The translations under genes were made by a program, and so were the position numbers. This document shows positions 40,938 to 51,690 of a stretch of DNA of 64,000 nt, in pieces (the stretch's first letter is position 1; the number at the start of each line of letters is the position of its first letter). The stretch covers positions 1,248,001 to 1,312,000 of the forward strand of contig CAVVLO010000002.1 of assembly GCA_963749155.1 (NCBI GenBank), written 5' to 3'. The notes beneath the pieces are model-generated. The model did not search any database. It had not been told where the DNA came from and was given only the letters and a program-made list of their open reading frames with translations. This DNA comes from an uncultured Armatimonadia bacterium (GTDB taxonomy: Bacteria > Armatimonadota > Zipacnadia > CAVVLO01).

Positions 40938-43235
40938 CTAGTCCGATTGTAATATCCGCCTGGCCTTCGCAAGTAGTTCGTCAGGTTCGTAAGGTTTGGA
41001 CACAATCTCACTTGCCCCTGAAGCCAGCAACCGCTGGGCCAGTTCGCCTTCGGTTTCTTCTGTCGCGACGAGTATTGGCGCATCCGGACACAGTTCTTTG
41101 AGCTTGGCCAGAGTCTCCTCGATGTCCAGATCCGCCAGTAAATCAGAAAGTACCACCAGTTTCACATCGTCTCGGCGCTCGGAGCAGCATTCCAGCGCGG
41201 AAATCGGGTCTGCCACTGCTATCACATCATAACCGACCGACTGCAGTGTCATAGTCACGAGGGCGGTGGCCAACTCATCGTGTTCCACCACCAGCACCAT
41301 CCCGAAGGCGCCAGTAGCCCCCCTGGCTTCTGGTTGGACCTCTTCTGGCTGTGCTTCGGCATCGACAGGCAGATAAACTAGAAACTCCGCTCCCTGGCCC
41401 GGCTCGCTAATCACATTGATAAAGCCTCCATGCCGCTTTACCACGCTGTAGACCATCGCAAGCCCAAGTCCTGTGCCTTCACCAGGCCCTTTTGTGCTGA
41501 AGAAAGGCTCAAAAGCTTTGGCCAGAATCGCCTCGCTCATACCAATCCCCGTGTCGGCGAATCTAAGCAGCGCGAAAAATCCCTCAGGGGTATCTTCTGC
41601 CTGCCGCAGAGGCTGACCACTGAGCTGGGCAAGCTCGGTCGTAAGGGTCAGTGTCCCCCCGTTAGGCATTGCATCCAGCGCGTTTATGGCCAGATTCATT
41701 ATTACCTGGGCTAGCTGATCATGGTCAGCTGATAGCAGAGGCAGCTCATCGGCGAAACGCGTAAGGAGCTGGATGTTGCGCTCGAGCCTGGGCGACAGCA
41801 CCAACAAGGTATCGCGTACCAGGTCGTTCAGGTCCACAGTGGTGAGTTTGGGGGGCTCTCCTCTGGCAAAACCAAGCATCTGCCTGGTCAGTCCGGCCGC
41901 TTGCTCGATGGTAGCGCGCGCAGCTTCCAGGGGCTGACGATTACCGGCATCTTCAGGGGGAAGCTCTACCAGCTCCAGATGGCCTTTCAAGGCTCCCAGC
42001 AGGTTGTTGAAATCGTGAGCGATGCCACTTACCAGCCTGCCCAGGCTGTCAAGCTTCTCGGAGCGCATCAGATGAGTCTCCAGTTGCCTGAGCTCGGTCA
42101 CATCGCGCAACACGCCGCGCAGCTCGATAAGGCCCCCATCTGGATTATAGGCCGCCCTGATGCTCATCAAGGCGTTTAGCCGGCTCCCATCAGCCCGGCG
42201 CAAGGTCACCTCGGAGTTCTTGACCACGCCACGCTTCTTGCAAAGCGACAGTAAATGACGAAGCAGGGCCGCGTCCTCGAAAAGCTCTTCGGTTGGGTTC
42301 GAGGTCAGCAAGGCTTCCTTGTTGGGATACCCAAACAACTCGACGCCGGCACGGTTGATGTCCAATAGATTGCCTTCCGGCGTCATACGGAAGATAACAT
42401 CAAGTGACTCCTCAAAAAGGCGCCTGTATTTTTCTTCTGATCCCAGCAGCAGATTGACGGCGCGTTTCCTTTCGGTGATATCGCGGCCTATCGAGAGAAG
42501 CACCGGTTGCCCATCCAGCTCGAAAAGGTGCGCGCTAACCTCAAAGGGAATACGTTCTCCATTTTTGGCCACGAAAACCGTTTCATAAGCGACGCGTTTG
42601 TTGCGCTTGAGTTGTTCCATTGCGGCTGCAGATAGAGTCTTCGGACCTTCCTGCAGCTCACCGGGATCCAGGCCCAACAATTCTTCGCGCGGATATCCAA
42701 GCCGGCGGCAAGCCAGATCGTTTACTTCAAGGAAAGGCCCTGGCTGGCTTCCTTTCCCAACTTTTTGCAGGAACATCGCATCGTTGGCCATATTGAAAAG
42801 GGTCTCGAAACGGCGCTGAGATTCGCGCAACCGGCGCGCCGCCTCTATGCGCTCGAGCCTCAACTGACGCTCTTCAAGCGCTCGTGAGACCGCCTGGCCC
42901 AGTCTGGCCATCCGGTCTTTCTGGACGTAATCGGTGGCCCCCTCCTTCATACACTGGACGGCCGCCTCTTCGCCTATCTTGCCCGAGACGACGATAAAGG
43001 GGATGTCATATCCTCGCTCCTGCAGCAACTGCAGCGCTTCGGGGGCCTCGAATTCCGGTAAGGAATAATCGGCTAGCACCACGTCGGGGCGCTTCTCCAG
43101 CTCGCCGAGATACTCTTCGCGTGTCTCGACGCGCACCCAGTCAGGATCGAACCCGCCACGCTGAAGCTGGCGGATGATAAGCTCCGCATCGGTTGGGGTG
43201 TCTTCGAGTAGCAGCAATCTAAGCGGAGTCCCCAA
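40938..43235 (-). CDS. Hybrid kinase: receiver, 2x PAS, HisKA/HATPase and degenerate receiver
   Basis: LLLLED...LADY receiver; GIAHDFNNLL; EPFFSTKGPGEGTGLGL. TTG 43235 follows GAGGAG. Confidence 0.9.
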   Translation of the reverse strand: MGTPLRLLLLEDTPTDAELIIRQLQRGGFDPDWVRVETREEYLGELEKRPDVVLADYSLPEFEAPEALQLLQERGYDIPFIVVSGKIGEEAAVQCMKEGATDYVQKDRMARLGQAVSRALEERQLRLERIEAARRLRESQRRFETLFNMANDAMFLQKVGKGSQPGPFLEVNDLACRRLGYPREELLGLDPGELQEGPKTLSAAAMEQLKRNKRVAYETVFVAKNGERIPFEVSAHLFELDGQPVLLSIGRDITERKRAVNLLLGSEEKYRRLFEESLDVIFRMTPEGNLLDINRAGVELFGYPNKEALLTSNPTEELFEDAALLRHLLSLCKKRGVVKNSEVTLRRADGSRLNALMSIRAAYNPDGGLIELRGVLRDVTELRQLETHLMRSEKLDSLGRLVSGIAHDFNNLLGALKGHLELVELPPEDAGNRQPLEAARATIEQAAGLTRQMLGFARGEPPKLTTVDLNDLVRDTLLVLSPRLERNIQLLTRFADELPLLSADHDQLAQVIMNLAINALDAMPNGGTLTLTTELAQLSGQPLRQAEDTPEGFFALLRFADTGIGMSEAILAKAFEPFFSTKGPGEGTGLGLAMVYSVVKRHGGFINVISEPGQGAEFLVYLPVDAEAQPEEVQPEARGATGAFGMVLVVEHDELATALVTMTLQSVGYDVIAVADPISALECCSERRDDVKLVVLSDLLADLDIEETLAKLKELCPDAPILVATEETEGELAQRLLASGASEIVSKPYEPDELLAKARRILQSD

Positions 43236-43623
43236 GGGCTCCTCCTCGAACTCGCCTCCGGCTAAAAGACCTTCTCGACTAGCAGAAGACTGGCTGTCAA
43301 TTGCCGGCTGATGCCGGGTGGTTATGTTCCTTATTATACCGAATCCTGATTCAGGCTCCGACTCCTGGCCAGGCCACACCGGCTATATGAGAAGCTTCTA
43401 TAGGCTATTTTTGGGTAGGCAACAATACGGCAACTCTTACCGAATTGCGGGAATCGGACTTCCTTTTTTGCCCTGACCGGCAGGCTGTCAGGGGGAATAT
43501 ATGGCTGTTAGACTTATGTTATCGGTAACAAGCCACCTCTTTCAAATACGGCAACGATTGCAGGGGTGGAGACCAGCAGGCAGCCTGGCTTGCTGGTTAT
43601 CTTTTTTCAAGAGGATGAGCAAA

Positions 43624-44961
43624 ATGAGAATCCGGTTATTGAAGATCTCTGCCATACTGGTAGGTGTCGCGGCGCTACTGGCCTGGGTGGCAAAGATCGA
43701 TCTGCCCTCCACAGAGGGAGACCTCTCTACGCTCAGTGCGGTTGACACAGCCTGGGTTTCTATTTGCGCAGGCCTGGTCATGCTGATGACTCCGGCGCTG
43801 GGTTTCTTCTACGGTGGACTGGTCCGCCAGAAGAACCTGGTCTCTATCCTCATGCAATGCCTGGCCATTTTTGCCGTTGCATCTGGCGTGTGGACATTAT
43901 GGGGTTATTCCTTGGCCTTTGGACCTACGAAGCACGGTCTGATTGGCGGACTGAAGTACGCCTTCCTGACTGGCGTAGGCACAGCGCCGGATCCTGATTA
44001 CAGCACGACTATACCGGGCTTGTCCTTTTACTTCTTCCAGATGAAGTTCGCCGCCATCACGCCGGCGCTCATAATCGGAGCTTTCGCCGAACGCATAAAG
44101 TTCTCTTCTCTTTTGGTGTTCCTGGTTGTCTGGGCGACAGTAGTATATGCGCCAGTTGCTCACTGGGTCTGGGGACTTGGTGGCTGGCTGCGCAACCTTG
44201 GCGCGCTGGACTTCGCAGGCGGCACAGTCGTGCATATCCTGGCTGGCATCACCGCGCTTGCAGGCGCCTGGGTCGTAGGCCGGCGGCGTATCCCCTCCGA
44301 GGAACAAGAAGGGCCCAACAATGTCCCCTTCGTAATTCTTGGAGCTGCGCTACTATGGTTTGGCTGGTTCGGTTTCAATGCCGGCAGCGCGCTTGGGATG
44401 AACGGTGTCGCTGTGATGGCTCTTGTCACCACCAACATCGCGGCTGCCTTTGCCACGATGAGCTGGGTCGCTGTTGACTGGTATGTCCGCGGCAAGCCAA
44501 CGGCGACAGGCGCCGCGATAGGCGCTGTCTGTGGTTTGGTCGCAATCACTCCCGCCGCAGGTTATGTTACTGTCACTGGTGGCATGGCAATAGGCCTGGC
44601 CGCCGGGCTTGTCTGCAACCTCTTTGCTGTCCTGATGAAGCGCACGCCTATCGATGATACGCTGGATGTCTTCGCCTGTCATGGGGTGGGCGGTATCCTG
44701 GGCGCCTTGCTCACAGGAGTCTTCTGCACCAAGGCTGTAAATCCGGCTGGCGCCGATGGGCTGCTCTACGGCAACCCAAAGCAGTTTCTGATTCAGCTTG
44801 CTGCGGTAGTTGTAGTTGCGGTTTGGGGATTTGTGACATCGGTCCTCTTGCTCAAGGTTATCAACAAGGTGATGAAGCTACGCGTCTCGGTGGCGGATGA
44901 GCATCTTGGGCTCGATTTGGCCCAACACGGCGAAAGTGCTTATCAAGGTAGCTGGAAGTAG
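43624..44961 (+). CDS. amtB: Ammonium transporter AmtB, copy 1
   Basis: Motifs DTAWV, FQMKFAAIT, LDFAGGTVVH, WFGWFGFNAGS and DDTLDVFACHG. Confidence 0.96.
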   Translation: MRIRLLKISAILVGVAALLAWVAKIDLPSTEGDLSTLSAVDTAWVSICAGLVMLMTPALGFFYGGLVRQKNLVSILMQCLAIFAVASGVWTLWGYSLAFGPTKHGLIGGLKYAFLTGVGTAPDPDYSTTIPGLSFYFFQMKFAAITPALIIGAFAERIKFSSLLVFLVVWATVVYAPVAHWVWGLGGWLRNLGALDFAGGTVVHILAGITALAGAWVVGRRRIPSEEQEGPNNVPFVILGAALLWFGWFGFNAGSALGMNGVAVMALVTTNIAAAFATMSWVAVDWYVRGKPTATGAAIGAVCGLVAITPAAGYVTVTGGMAIGLAAGLVCNLFAVLMKRTPIDDTLDVFACHGVGGILGALLTGVFCTKAVNPAGADGLLYGNPKQFLIQLAAVVVVAVWGFVTSVLLLKVINKVMKLRVSVADEHLGLDLAQHGESAYQGSWK

Positions 44962-44983
44962 TCACTGATCCTCCCTGAACGAA

Positions 44984-45010
44984 GGCCGCCGGAGAAGCCT
45001 TCCGGCGGCC
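44984..45010 (+). terminator. Hairpin after amtB copy 1
   Basis: GGCCGCCGGA...TCCGGCGGCC; a homologous hairpin follows copy 2. Confidence 0.6.
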
Positions 45011-45229
45011 AGATTCTCTCCTCGGTAGGAACCAGCAGGGCAACTGCCCCTTCTCAGACTACAATCTCGCTTACTTTTTGCCTTGAACAGGCGGCTATCA
45101 GACGGCAAGCCTCACTGGTAGGCTTCAGTTATCCAGGGCAAGCCGAACTCGGCTTGGTTATCACTTTGCCCCTCGCTTTCCGCTAGCTTGCCTTATGCTT
45201 GTCTGCGCTGTCCATGGAGGTTGTTCGCT

Positions 45230-46568
45230 GTGAAGAAACGTCTTTGGAGAGTAGCTGCTGTCGTGTTTGGGTCTGCCGCTTTGCTGACCTGGCTAGCCAA
45301 AATCAACCTGCCCTTCCAGGGTGGCGACACCTCCACTATCAATCAGACAGACACCGCCTGGGTTGCCCTCTCATCGGGTCTCGTAATGCTGATGACTCCC
45401 GCGGTCGGTTTCTTCTACGGTGGTTTGGTGCGGCAGAAGAACCTGGTCTCGATCCTGATGCAGTCGCTTGGCCATCTTCGCTATCGGGTGTGCTGTCTGG
45501 ACCCTCTGGGGTTACAGCCTGGCCTTCGCGCCGGGTTATTACGGTCTCATCGGGGGTCTCAAGTATGTGCTGCTGCAGGGCGTAGGCGCAGCTCCTGATC
45601 CTGACTACTGTGCCACAATACCAGCTGTTTCTTTCTACTTCTTCCAGATGAAATTTGCAGCCATCACTCCAGCCCTTGTGATCGGCGCTTTCGCAGAACG
45701 CGTGAAGTTTTCGGCTTTGCTGGCCTTCCTCATCATCTGGGCTACTATCGTTTACGCGCCTGTAGCCCACTGGGTATGGGGAGTCGGGGGCTGGCTGCGC
45801 AATCTGGGCGCTTTGGATTTCGCTGGCGGACTTGTCGTGCACCTGCTGGCGGGTGTCACTTCGGTAGCAGGCGCCTGGGTCATCGGAAGGCGCCATCGTC
45901 CTGCCAACGAACCAGACGGGCCTAACAACGTCCCCTTCGTCATCCTTGGCGGCGCGCTCTTGTGGTTTGGCTGGTTCGGCTTCAACGCTGGCAGTGCTCT
46001 GGGTATGAACAGTGTCGCAATCAATGCTCTCGTCACCACCAATATTGCCGCTGCCTTTGCCGTAATCAGCTGGATGGCTGTGGACTGGTATGTCCGCGGC
46101 AAACCTACGGCAACAGGCGCAGCCATTGGCGCAGTCTGCGGTCTTGGCGCCGTGACGCCAGCAGCGGGTTTCATTGACTTGACCGCGGCGATGGTTATCG
46201 GCCTGATTGCTGGCTTCGTCTGTAACTTGTTCGTTGTACTTATGAAGCGTACCCCAGTTGATGATGCTCTTGATGTTTTCGCCTGCCATGGTATCGGCGG
46301 TATGCTTGGGTCTTTGCTCACTGGAGTCTATTGCAGTAAACTCATCAACCCAGCTGGTGCCGATGGGCTGCTCTACGGCAATCCCAGGCAGTTCTTCATC
46401 CAGCTACTGGCCGTTCTGGTCATTGCGATCTGGGGCTTTGTGATGACAGTCCTTATTCTCAAGGTACTCGGCAAGGTGATGAAGCTGCGCGTCTCGGTAG
46501 CCGATGAGCATCTTGGGCTCGATTTGGCCCAACATGGTGAAAGCGCTTATCAGGGTAGCTGGAAGTAA
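45230..46568 (+). CDS. amtB: Ammonium transporter AmtB, copy 2 (frameshift near 45465)
   Basis: Same motifs as copy 1. One extra base in ATGCAGT(C)GCTTGGCC versus ATGCAATGCCTGGCC in copy 1. Confidence 0.92.
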
Positions 46569-46592
46569 TCGTCGACAATCTCCAAACATCTG

Positions 46593-46628
46593 GGCCGCCG
46601 GAGTCTCCCCCTCTGGCGGCCTTCTCTT
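46593..46628 (+). terminator. Hairpin after amtB copy 2
   Basis: GGCCGCCGGAG...CTCTGGCGGCC followed by TTCTCTT. Confidence 0.6.
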
Positions 46629-46694
46629 GACCAGGCAGGATTTCAGCTTTCCAAAGTGAACCGGTTACCCAGTTACACTGTAGGAGGTAACCTG

Positions 46695-49554
46695 ATGCGA
46701 ACTCTTTTGCTGCTTGCAGGCTTGCTTGGACTGCTTTGCTCTACCCGTCCTTTGCCCTCGAAGTCAGTCTCGACCTGACCAGGGCCCTGTCAACCCCAGG
46801 CCTCAAGCTGCTTGACTGGCGCCGATGGCAACTGGCGCCCGGCAGAGGTTGATGGCACTCAGGTGGTTGAGTTCGGCTTCAAGCAGGAGGCCTTTTACCT
46901 GTATTTCAAACTCGACCAATCACTCTTCCCCGAAACGCCTCTGCCGCTCTATGTCAGCATCGAGTTTTTTGATAAGTCCTTTGCCACAGGGCTGAGTCTG
47001 CAATACGACCAGGCGGGGAAGACGGCTTACGAACCAGCTTCCGGTTATTCCTTTGGCATTGGCAGTGGCGAATGGCGCACCGCCTGGTTTGAACTGCCAG
47101 ATGCCGCTGTGTCCCATCGGCAGAACCTTCAGGCCGATTTCCGGCTTATGGCAGGCAGTTCGACTCTGCTGCGCCGGGTAACGGTCACCGACCAACCTGC
47201 CTCGGTAGTCTCGAAGGAGCAGATGCGCGCCGAATTAGCCGCCCTTGCGCCAAAGCTGCCAGACGACTTCCTCTATACAGTAGGGGCAAACGCTTCTGTC
47301 AGCGAGCTTAGGTCCGGCGCGCCCTTCTGGAAGCTGATGGGCTTCAAGGACATCGAGCTCTACGTCACCTGGCGACTGCTCAACGACGATCCCGCCGTCT
47401 GGGACTTGAGCCAGTTCGATGCGATGGTGGACGAGCTGCAAAGCTGGGACCTCAAGTGGATGCCCTTCCTCATCGCCGGGCCTGCTTACGCTACTCCCTT
47501 GTGGTATCGCAACTCACCCGACTCGGTCTTCACCAAATGCCTCGAACATGACGCAGGGCAGTCGCATCCAGTCCATCTTCAATCCCGATATGGTTGGTCG
47601 GGTGGATGAGTTCCTGCGCCAGTGTGGCCAGCACTGGAACGATGACCGGCTGAATTACATCCTGCTTGGAGTCTCGGGCACGTATGGAGAGTCCATCTAT
47701 GCCGCTGGACCAGAGGGCGGCTGGACGGCTTCAGAAGCTGGTGAGGATTATCACAACCACGGGGGTTTCTGGGCTGCCGAACCTGAAGCCATCGCGTCCT
47801 TCCAGGCCTGGCTCGAAGCAAAGTACGACGAGGTGGATAGCCTCAACCAGGCCTGGGGGAAGGGGTATACCGACTTCGGGCAGGTGAAGACCTTTATCCC
47901 AGGCGCCGATATGCCACGCCGGATGGCCTTCGATATGGCCTCCTGGTATACCCAGGCGATGACCGACTGGTCGGCGGTCTGGACAGACTCCGCCAGCAAG
48001 CATTTCCCAGGGACACCCGTCTATCTGTGCACGGGGGGGCACGGTATTGCGATGTTGGGTGCCGACTTTGCCGCGCAGGCCCAGATGCTTTCGCGCTTCC
48101 CGTCAACTGGCATCCGCATCACCAACGAGGCCAGCAACTACCTCAGCAACTTCGATATGACCCGGATGGTCGCCTCGGCCTGCCGTTTCTATGATATCGG
48201 CTTTGGGTTCGAGCCCGCTGGCTATTGCGATCACAACGGCATCGTTGGGCGACTCTTCAACGACATCAGCAGCGGCGCCAACCAGTTTCATGACTATCAC
48301 GGCAATCCCTTTAGTAACTCAGCATATGCCCAGAATCTGCATCGCTTCTCTGGCCTGCTCGGTAAGCGCGAGCCCCTAATCGATGTGGCGGTTTTCCAGC
48401 CCAAACCTGCTGTCTACCTCGATGAGAAGGAGATGTCTCGTTTCTACGGGGCCGCCGCGGCTCTCAGGCAGCTCGTGGACGTCGATTTCGTGGATAGCAC
48501 CCTCGTCGCAGATGGCGCGCTGGAGCAGTACAAACTGATTGTGCTGCCCAACACCCGCTTCGAGGAGGAGACAACCTTGCAGGCCCTTCTCGATTGGGTG
48601 GAAGCTGGCGGAGTGGCAGTTGTGGCTCGCAACGAAGCCCCCTGGCTCGAGACCATCGAAGGCTCCACCGCGCTCAGGGAAGAACTTCTCGGCGACCTGG
48701 CCAGCCTGCCCGATACCAGCCTTGTTGTGCCCGAGACACCCGACCTGGGCAACCGGCGCGCGATACTCGAAGTCGGCGCTTCAGGAGATGACCTGTGGCT
48801 GAGTGGTGACTGGTTCAGCGCCGAGTCAGGTTCCGAGGAGCTGCCCGCCAACCGCAGAAGCTGGCGCTGGATGAGCCACACGGCGCGAGTTATCCTTCCT
48901 GTCTGGTTTGAGGGCCCCGCGACCCTCTACGTGGGGGGCAACCTGTTCGGTGAGAATCCAATCTCCTCCGGACGGCTGCTGCTGGATGGCAAGGAGCTTG
49001 GCCCGTTGCTGGGCCCGCAGGACGGCGACTACCTGTTCGAGATCCCCGCCGCTGACCTGGCCGGCAAGAGGCGCGTGACTCTCGAGTTCGATATGAAGCC
49101 CCTGCGCGGCTTTGATATCGGCATCTCCGACTCGCGCGAGCTGGGCTTCCTGCTCAACTACATCGACTTTGGCCCGACCAGGGCCAACCGGATGGTGCCT
49201 GCCAAACTGGCAGAACTGGGCTTGAAAGCGACCGTGGCCGAAGCTGACCTGCTGCGTTGTTCGCGCTCGCTTGGAGAGGGCAAAATATTCCTGATGCCGA
49301 CGAGTCAGGCTTCCGCAACCGAATTTGCCTCCTTCACCTGGGAGGTAATCAGGCAGGCCAGCGCGCTGGGACTTGGCGAGGAGTTCATCCCCCTGCTGGA
49401 CGGCAAGTTTGATGGCGTCTACTGCACGCTCACAACCAACTCGCTGCTCTGGTTCAATGATACAGATGACCCGAAGCCAGGCTATGCTGTGGTCAAGGGG
49501 AAGCCTTACGAGGTGGAACTGGAGCCGCACTCCATCCAGGAGCAACCTCTGTAG
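46695..49554 (+). CDS. Secreted GH42/GH14-like glycoside hydrolase (indels near 46745, 46811 and 47552)
   Basis: RBS AGGAGG and signal peptide; motifs ELYVTW, GPAYATPLWY, GVSGTYGESIY, WLEAKYDEVDSLNQAWG, RITNE and GFEP. Confidence 0.7.
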
Positions 49555-49574
49555 TCCCGGTAACATCACCCAGC

Positions 49575-49611
49575 AAAAAAGCCGGGCCCCCAGGGGTCCG
49601 GCTTCTTTTTT
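49575..49611. terminator. Bidirectional terminator
   Basis: AAAAAAGCCGGGCCCC...GGGGTCCGGCTTCTTTTTT. Confidence 0.8.
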
Positions 49612-49628
49612 AAGGTTTATGTCACGGT

Positions 49629-49994
49629 CTAAACTGGCAAGCCTGTCGAAGGCCACAGCCTTACCATCATATAGGCAATCTCGGCCAGGGCCGTTACCAG
49701 CACAACCGCGCTAGCAGTCAACACATAACGCTCCAGCTTTTTCAGATCACGGGGCGTTATCATCCCCTTGTACATCCGGAGCTGCACCAGCTGAAGCCAG
49801 GCTGCCACGATCAGGCCAAGCGACAGCGCGACAGGGATAAGCGCGCTCCATTGACTATGGGTCAAGAAAGGTGCGATCGCAAGTAAAGGTACTGCAAGCC
49901 CTGCGACCCAACGCACCAGGCGCTGACGGCCACGGAGCCACCGATATGCGGCGTCGGGGCCGCCTTTCTCCTCTATTCTCGCTGCCTCTTGCAA
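49629..49994 (-). CDS. Small hypothetical membrane protein (3 TM)
   Basis: Three hydrophobic segments; fills the gap between a terminator and glmM. Confidence 0.55.
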   Translation of the reverse strand: MQEAARIEEKGGPDAAYRWLRGRQRLVRWVAGLAVPLLAIAPFLTHSQWSALIPVALSLGLIVAAWLQLVQLRMYKGMITPRDLKKLERYVLTASAVVLVTALAEIAYMMVRLWPSTGLPV

Positions 49995-50178
49995 GGTACT
50001 TCAACCTCTCATAAAGTTCACTTTGTTCGTGTATGATACCCTAAACGGCTCCATATTAAAAGTGGTTCCCTGTTTCCAATATGTAAACTTATCCCTTCAG
50101 TCTGTATTGACTTGCTGGTAACGTCCTCCGGGAAACCTGATACACTTCTGGTGATCCCTTATGGAGGTTGCTTGTCAG

Positions 50179-51546
50179 ATGAGATTACCTGCTTCCAGAC
50201 TCTTCGGTACCGATGGCGTGCGGGGCATTGCCAACCGCGAACTCACCGCCGAACTGGCCCTCGGCCTTGGCCGCGTTTTCGGCCTTTGGCTTGCGCGCGA
50301 CCTCGAGAGGCCTGAGGTCCTGATAGCCCGAGATACCCGCCTCTCTGGCCCGATGCTGGCCAGCGCAGTCGAAGCAGGCCTTACGAGCGCCGGCGCCGAC
50401 GCCGTCGACTGCGGCATCCTGCCTACCCCTGCGCTCGGTCTGCTGACTGCTCGCCAAGGGCGCGCGGGCGCCGTTATGCTCTCAGCCTCGCACAACCCGC
50501 CCCAGTTCAACGGCATCAAGCTGCTTTCAGGTGAGGGCAAGAAGCTTCCCGACGAGGTCGAAGACGAACTCGAAGCCCTGCTGCGCGTTCATGGAGAACA
50601 ATTCTATGAGGGCGATCCTGACCAGGTAGGCCTGCTTTTCGAGCATCCCGAAGCCCGTGAGGAATACCTGGACTTCCTGTTTCAGCTTTCGCCCTTGCCG
50701 CTCAAGCTCGAGGGGCTCAAAGTGGCGCTCGATTGCGGCTTCGGCGCGGCCTTCGAGCTTGCCCATCTGGCTTTCGAGCGCGCCGGGGCCGAGGTCGTAC
50801 TGCTCAATGCCGAAGCAGACGGCGCGCGCATCAACGCAGGCTGTGGCGCGCTCCACCCCCAGCAGGTCGGCCAGGCCGTGCTCGATTCGGGGGCAGACTT
50901 CGGAGTGGCCTTCGATGGCGACGCCGACCGCGCGATGTTCGTTGACGAGGCTGGCAAGCCACGCGATGGCGACCATATCAAGTATCTCCTCGCCGCCGAT
51001 GCCCTCTCCCGGGGCGCCTTCTCGCCGCCAATCGTGGTCGGCACGGTGATGAGCAACCTGGGCCTCGAGCTTGCCCTGCGCGAACTGGGAGTAGAACTCG
51101 TTCGCACGCCTGTAGGCGACCGCTACGTGGCCGAGACGATGGCTGAGCGAGGCGCGGTGCTGGGCGGAGAGCAATCTGGCCACATCATCTTTGCCGAACA
51201 TGGGCTTGGAGATGGCATATATACGGCCTTGCGGGTGGCAGAAGTGGTCTCTCGCACGGGCAAACCGCTGTCCGAGCTTGCCGCGCCCGTCCAGAAAGTG
51301 CCCCAGGTGCTGATAAATGTCCCGCTCCCCCCTGGCTACGACTGGCAACGCTCCGAGCCGCTCCAGCAGGCGCTTGCCGAGTGGCAGGCCACCCTCGAGG
51401 GGAAGGGCCGCCTGCTGCTGCGTCCCTCTGGCACGGAGCCATTGCTGCGCGTGATGGTCGAAGCCCTCGACAAGGCGATGGCCTACGAAGCCGCCGGCGC
51501 CCTCGCCGAGACCATCACCTCCGAAGTGCCCGAGGTGGAAGGGTAA
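50179..51546 (+). CDS. glmM: Phosphoglucosamine mutase
   Basis: Motifs FGTDGVRG, SASHNP, DGDADR, GTVMSNLG, GGEQSGH and RPSGTEPLLRVMVE. Confidence 0.95.
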   Translation: MRLPASRLFGTDGVRGIANRELTAELALGLGRVFGLWLARDLERPEVLIARDTRLSGPMLASAVEAGLTSAGADAVDCGILPTPALGLLTARQGRAGAVMLSASHNPPQFNGIKLLSGEGKKLPDEVEDELEALLRVHGEQFYEGDPDQVGLLFEHPEAREEYLDFLFQLSPLPLKLEGLKVALDCGFGAAFELAHLAFERAGAEVVLLNAEADGARINAGCGALHPQQVGQAVLDSGADFGVAFDGDADRAMFVDEAGKPRDGDHIKYLLAADALSRGAFSPPIVVGTVMSNLGLELALRELGVELVRTPVGDRYVAETMAERGAVLGGEQSGHIIFAEHGLGDGIYTALRVAEVVSRTGKPLSELAAPVQKVPQVLINVPLPPGYDWQRSEPLQQALAEWQATLEGKGRLLLRPSGTEPLLRVMVEALDKAMAYEAAGALAETITSEVPEVEG

Positions 51547-51551
51547 GCAAC

Positions 51552-51579
51552 TTGCCAACGGCAGGCTAGTGGGTACAAT
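51552..51579 (+). promoter_or_regulatory. Putative promoter of cassette gene 1
   Basis: TTGCCA-N16-TACAAT. Confidence 0.6.
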
Positions 51580-51602
51580 GTATACAGTGGGCACTCGTCG
51601 AG

Positions 51603-51690
51603 GCTAAAAACACAACGCGCCCAATTCGCTCCGATATTCACAGCAGTGGCCACACCGCCCTTACGAATATGGAGGTGCCGTGCCGTGAAA
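51603..51690 (+). repeat. Cassette leader repeat, copy 1
   Basis: About 88 bp, GCTAAAA(A)CACAACGCGCCCAAT...GGAGGTGCCGTGCCGTGAAA, also at 53767-53853. Confidence 0.9.

Noticed and set aside
46776..46778. In-frame TGA as selenocysteine in the GH42-like gene
   Set aside because: Better explained by two compensating indels; not a Cys-equivalent position, and no SECIS-like hairpin recognised.
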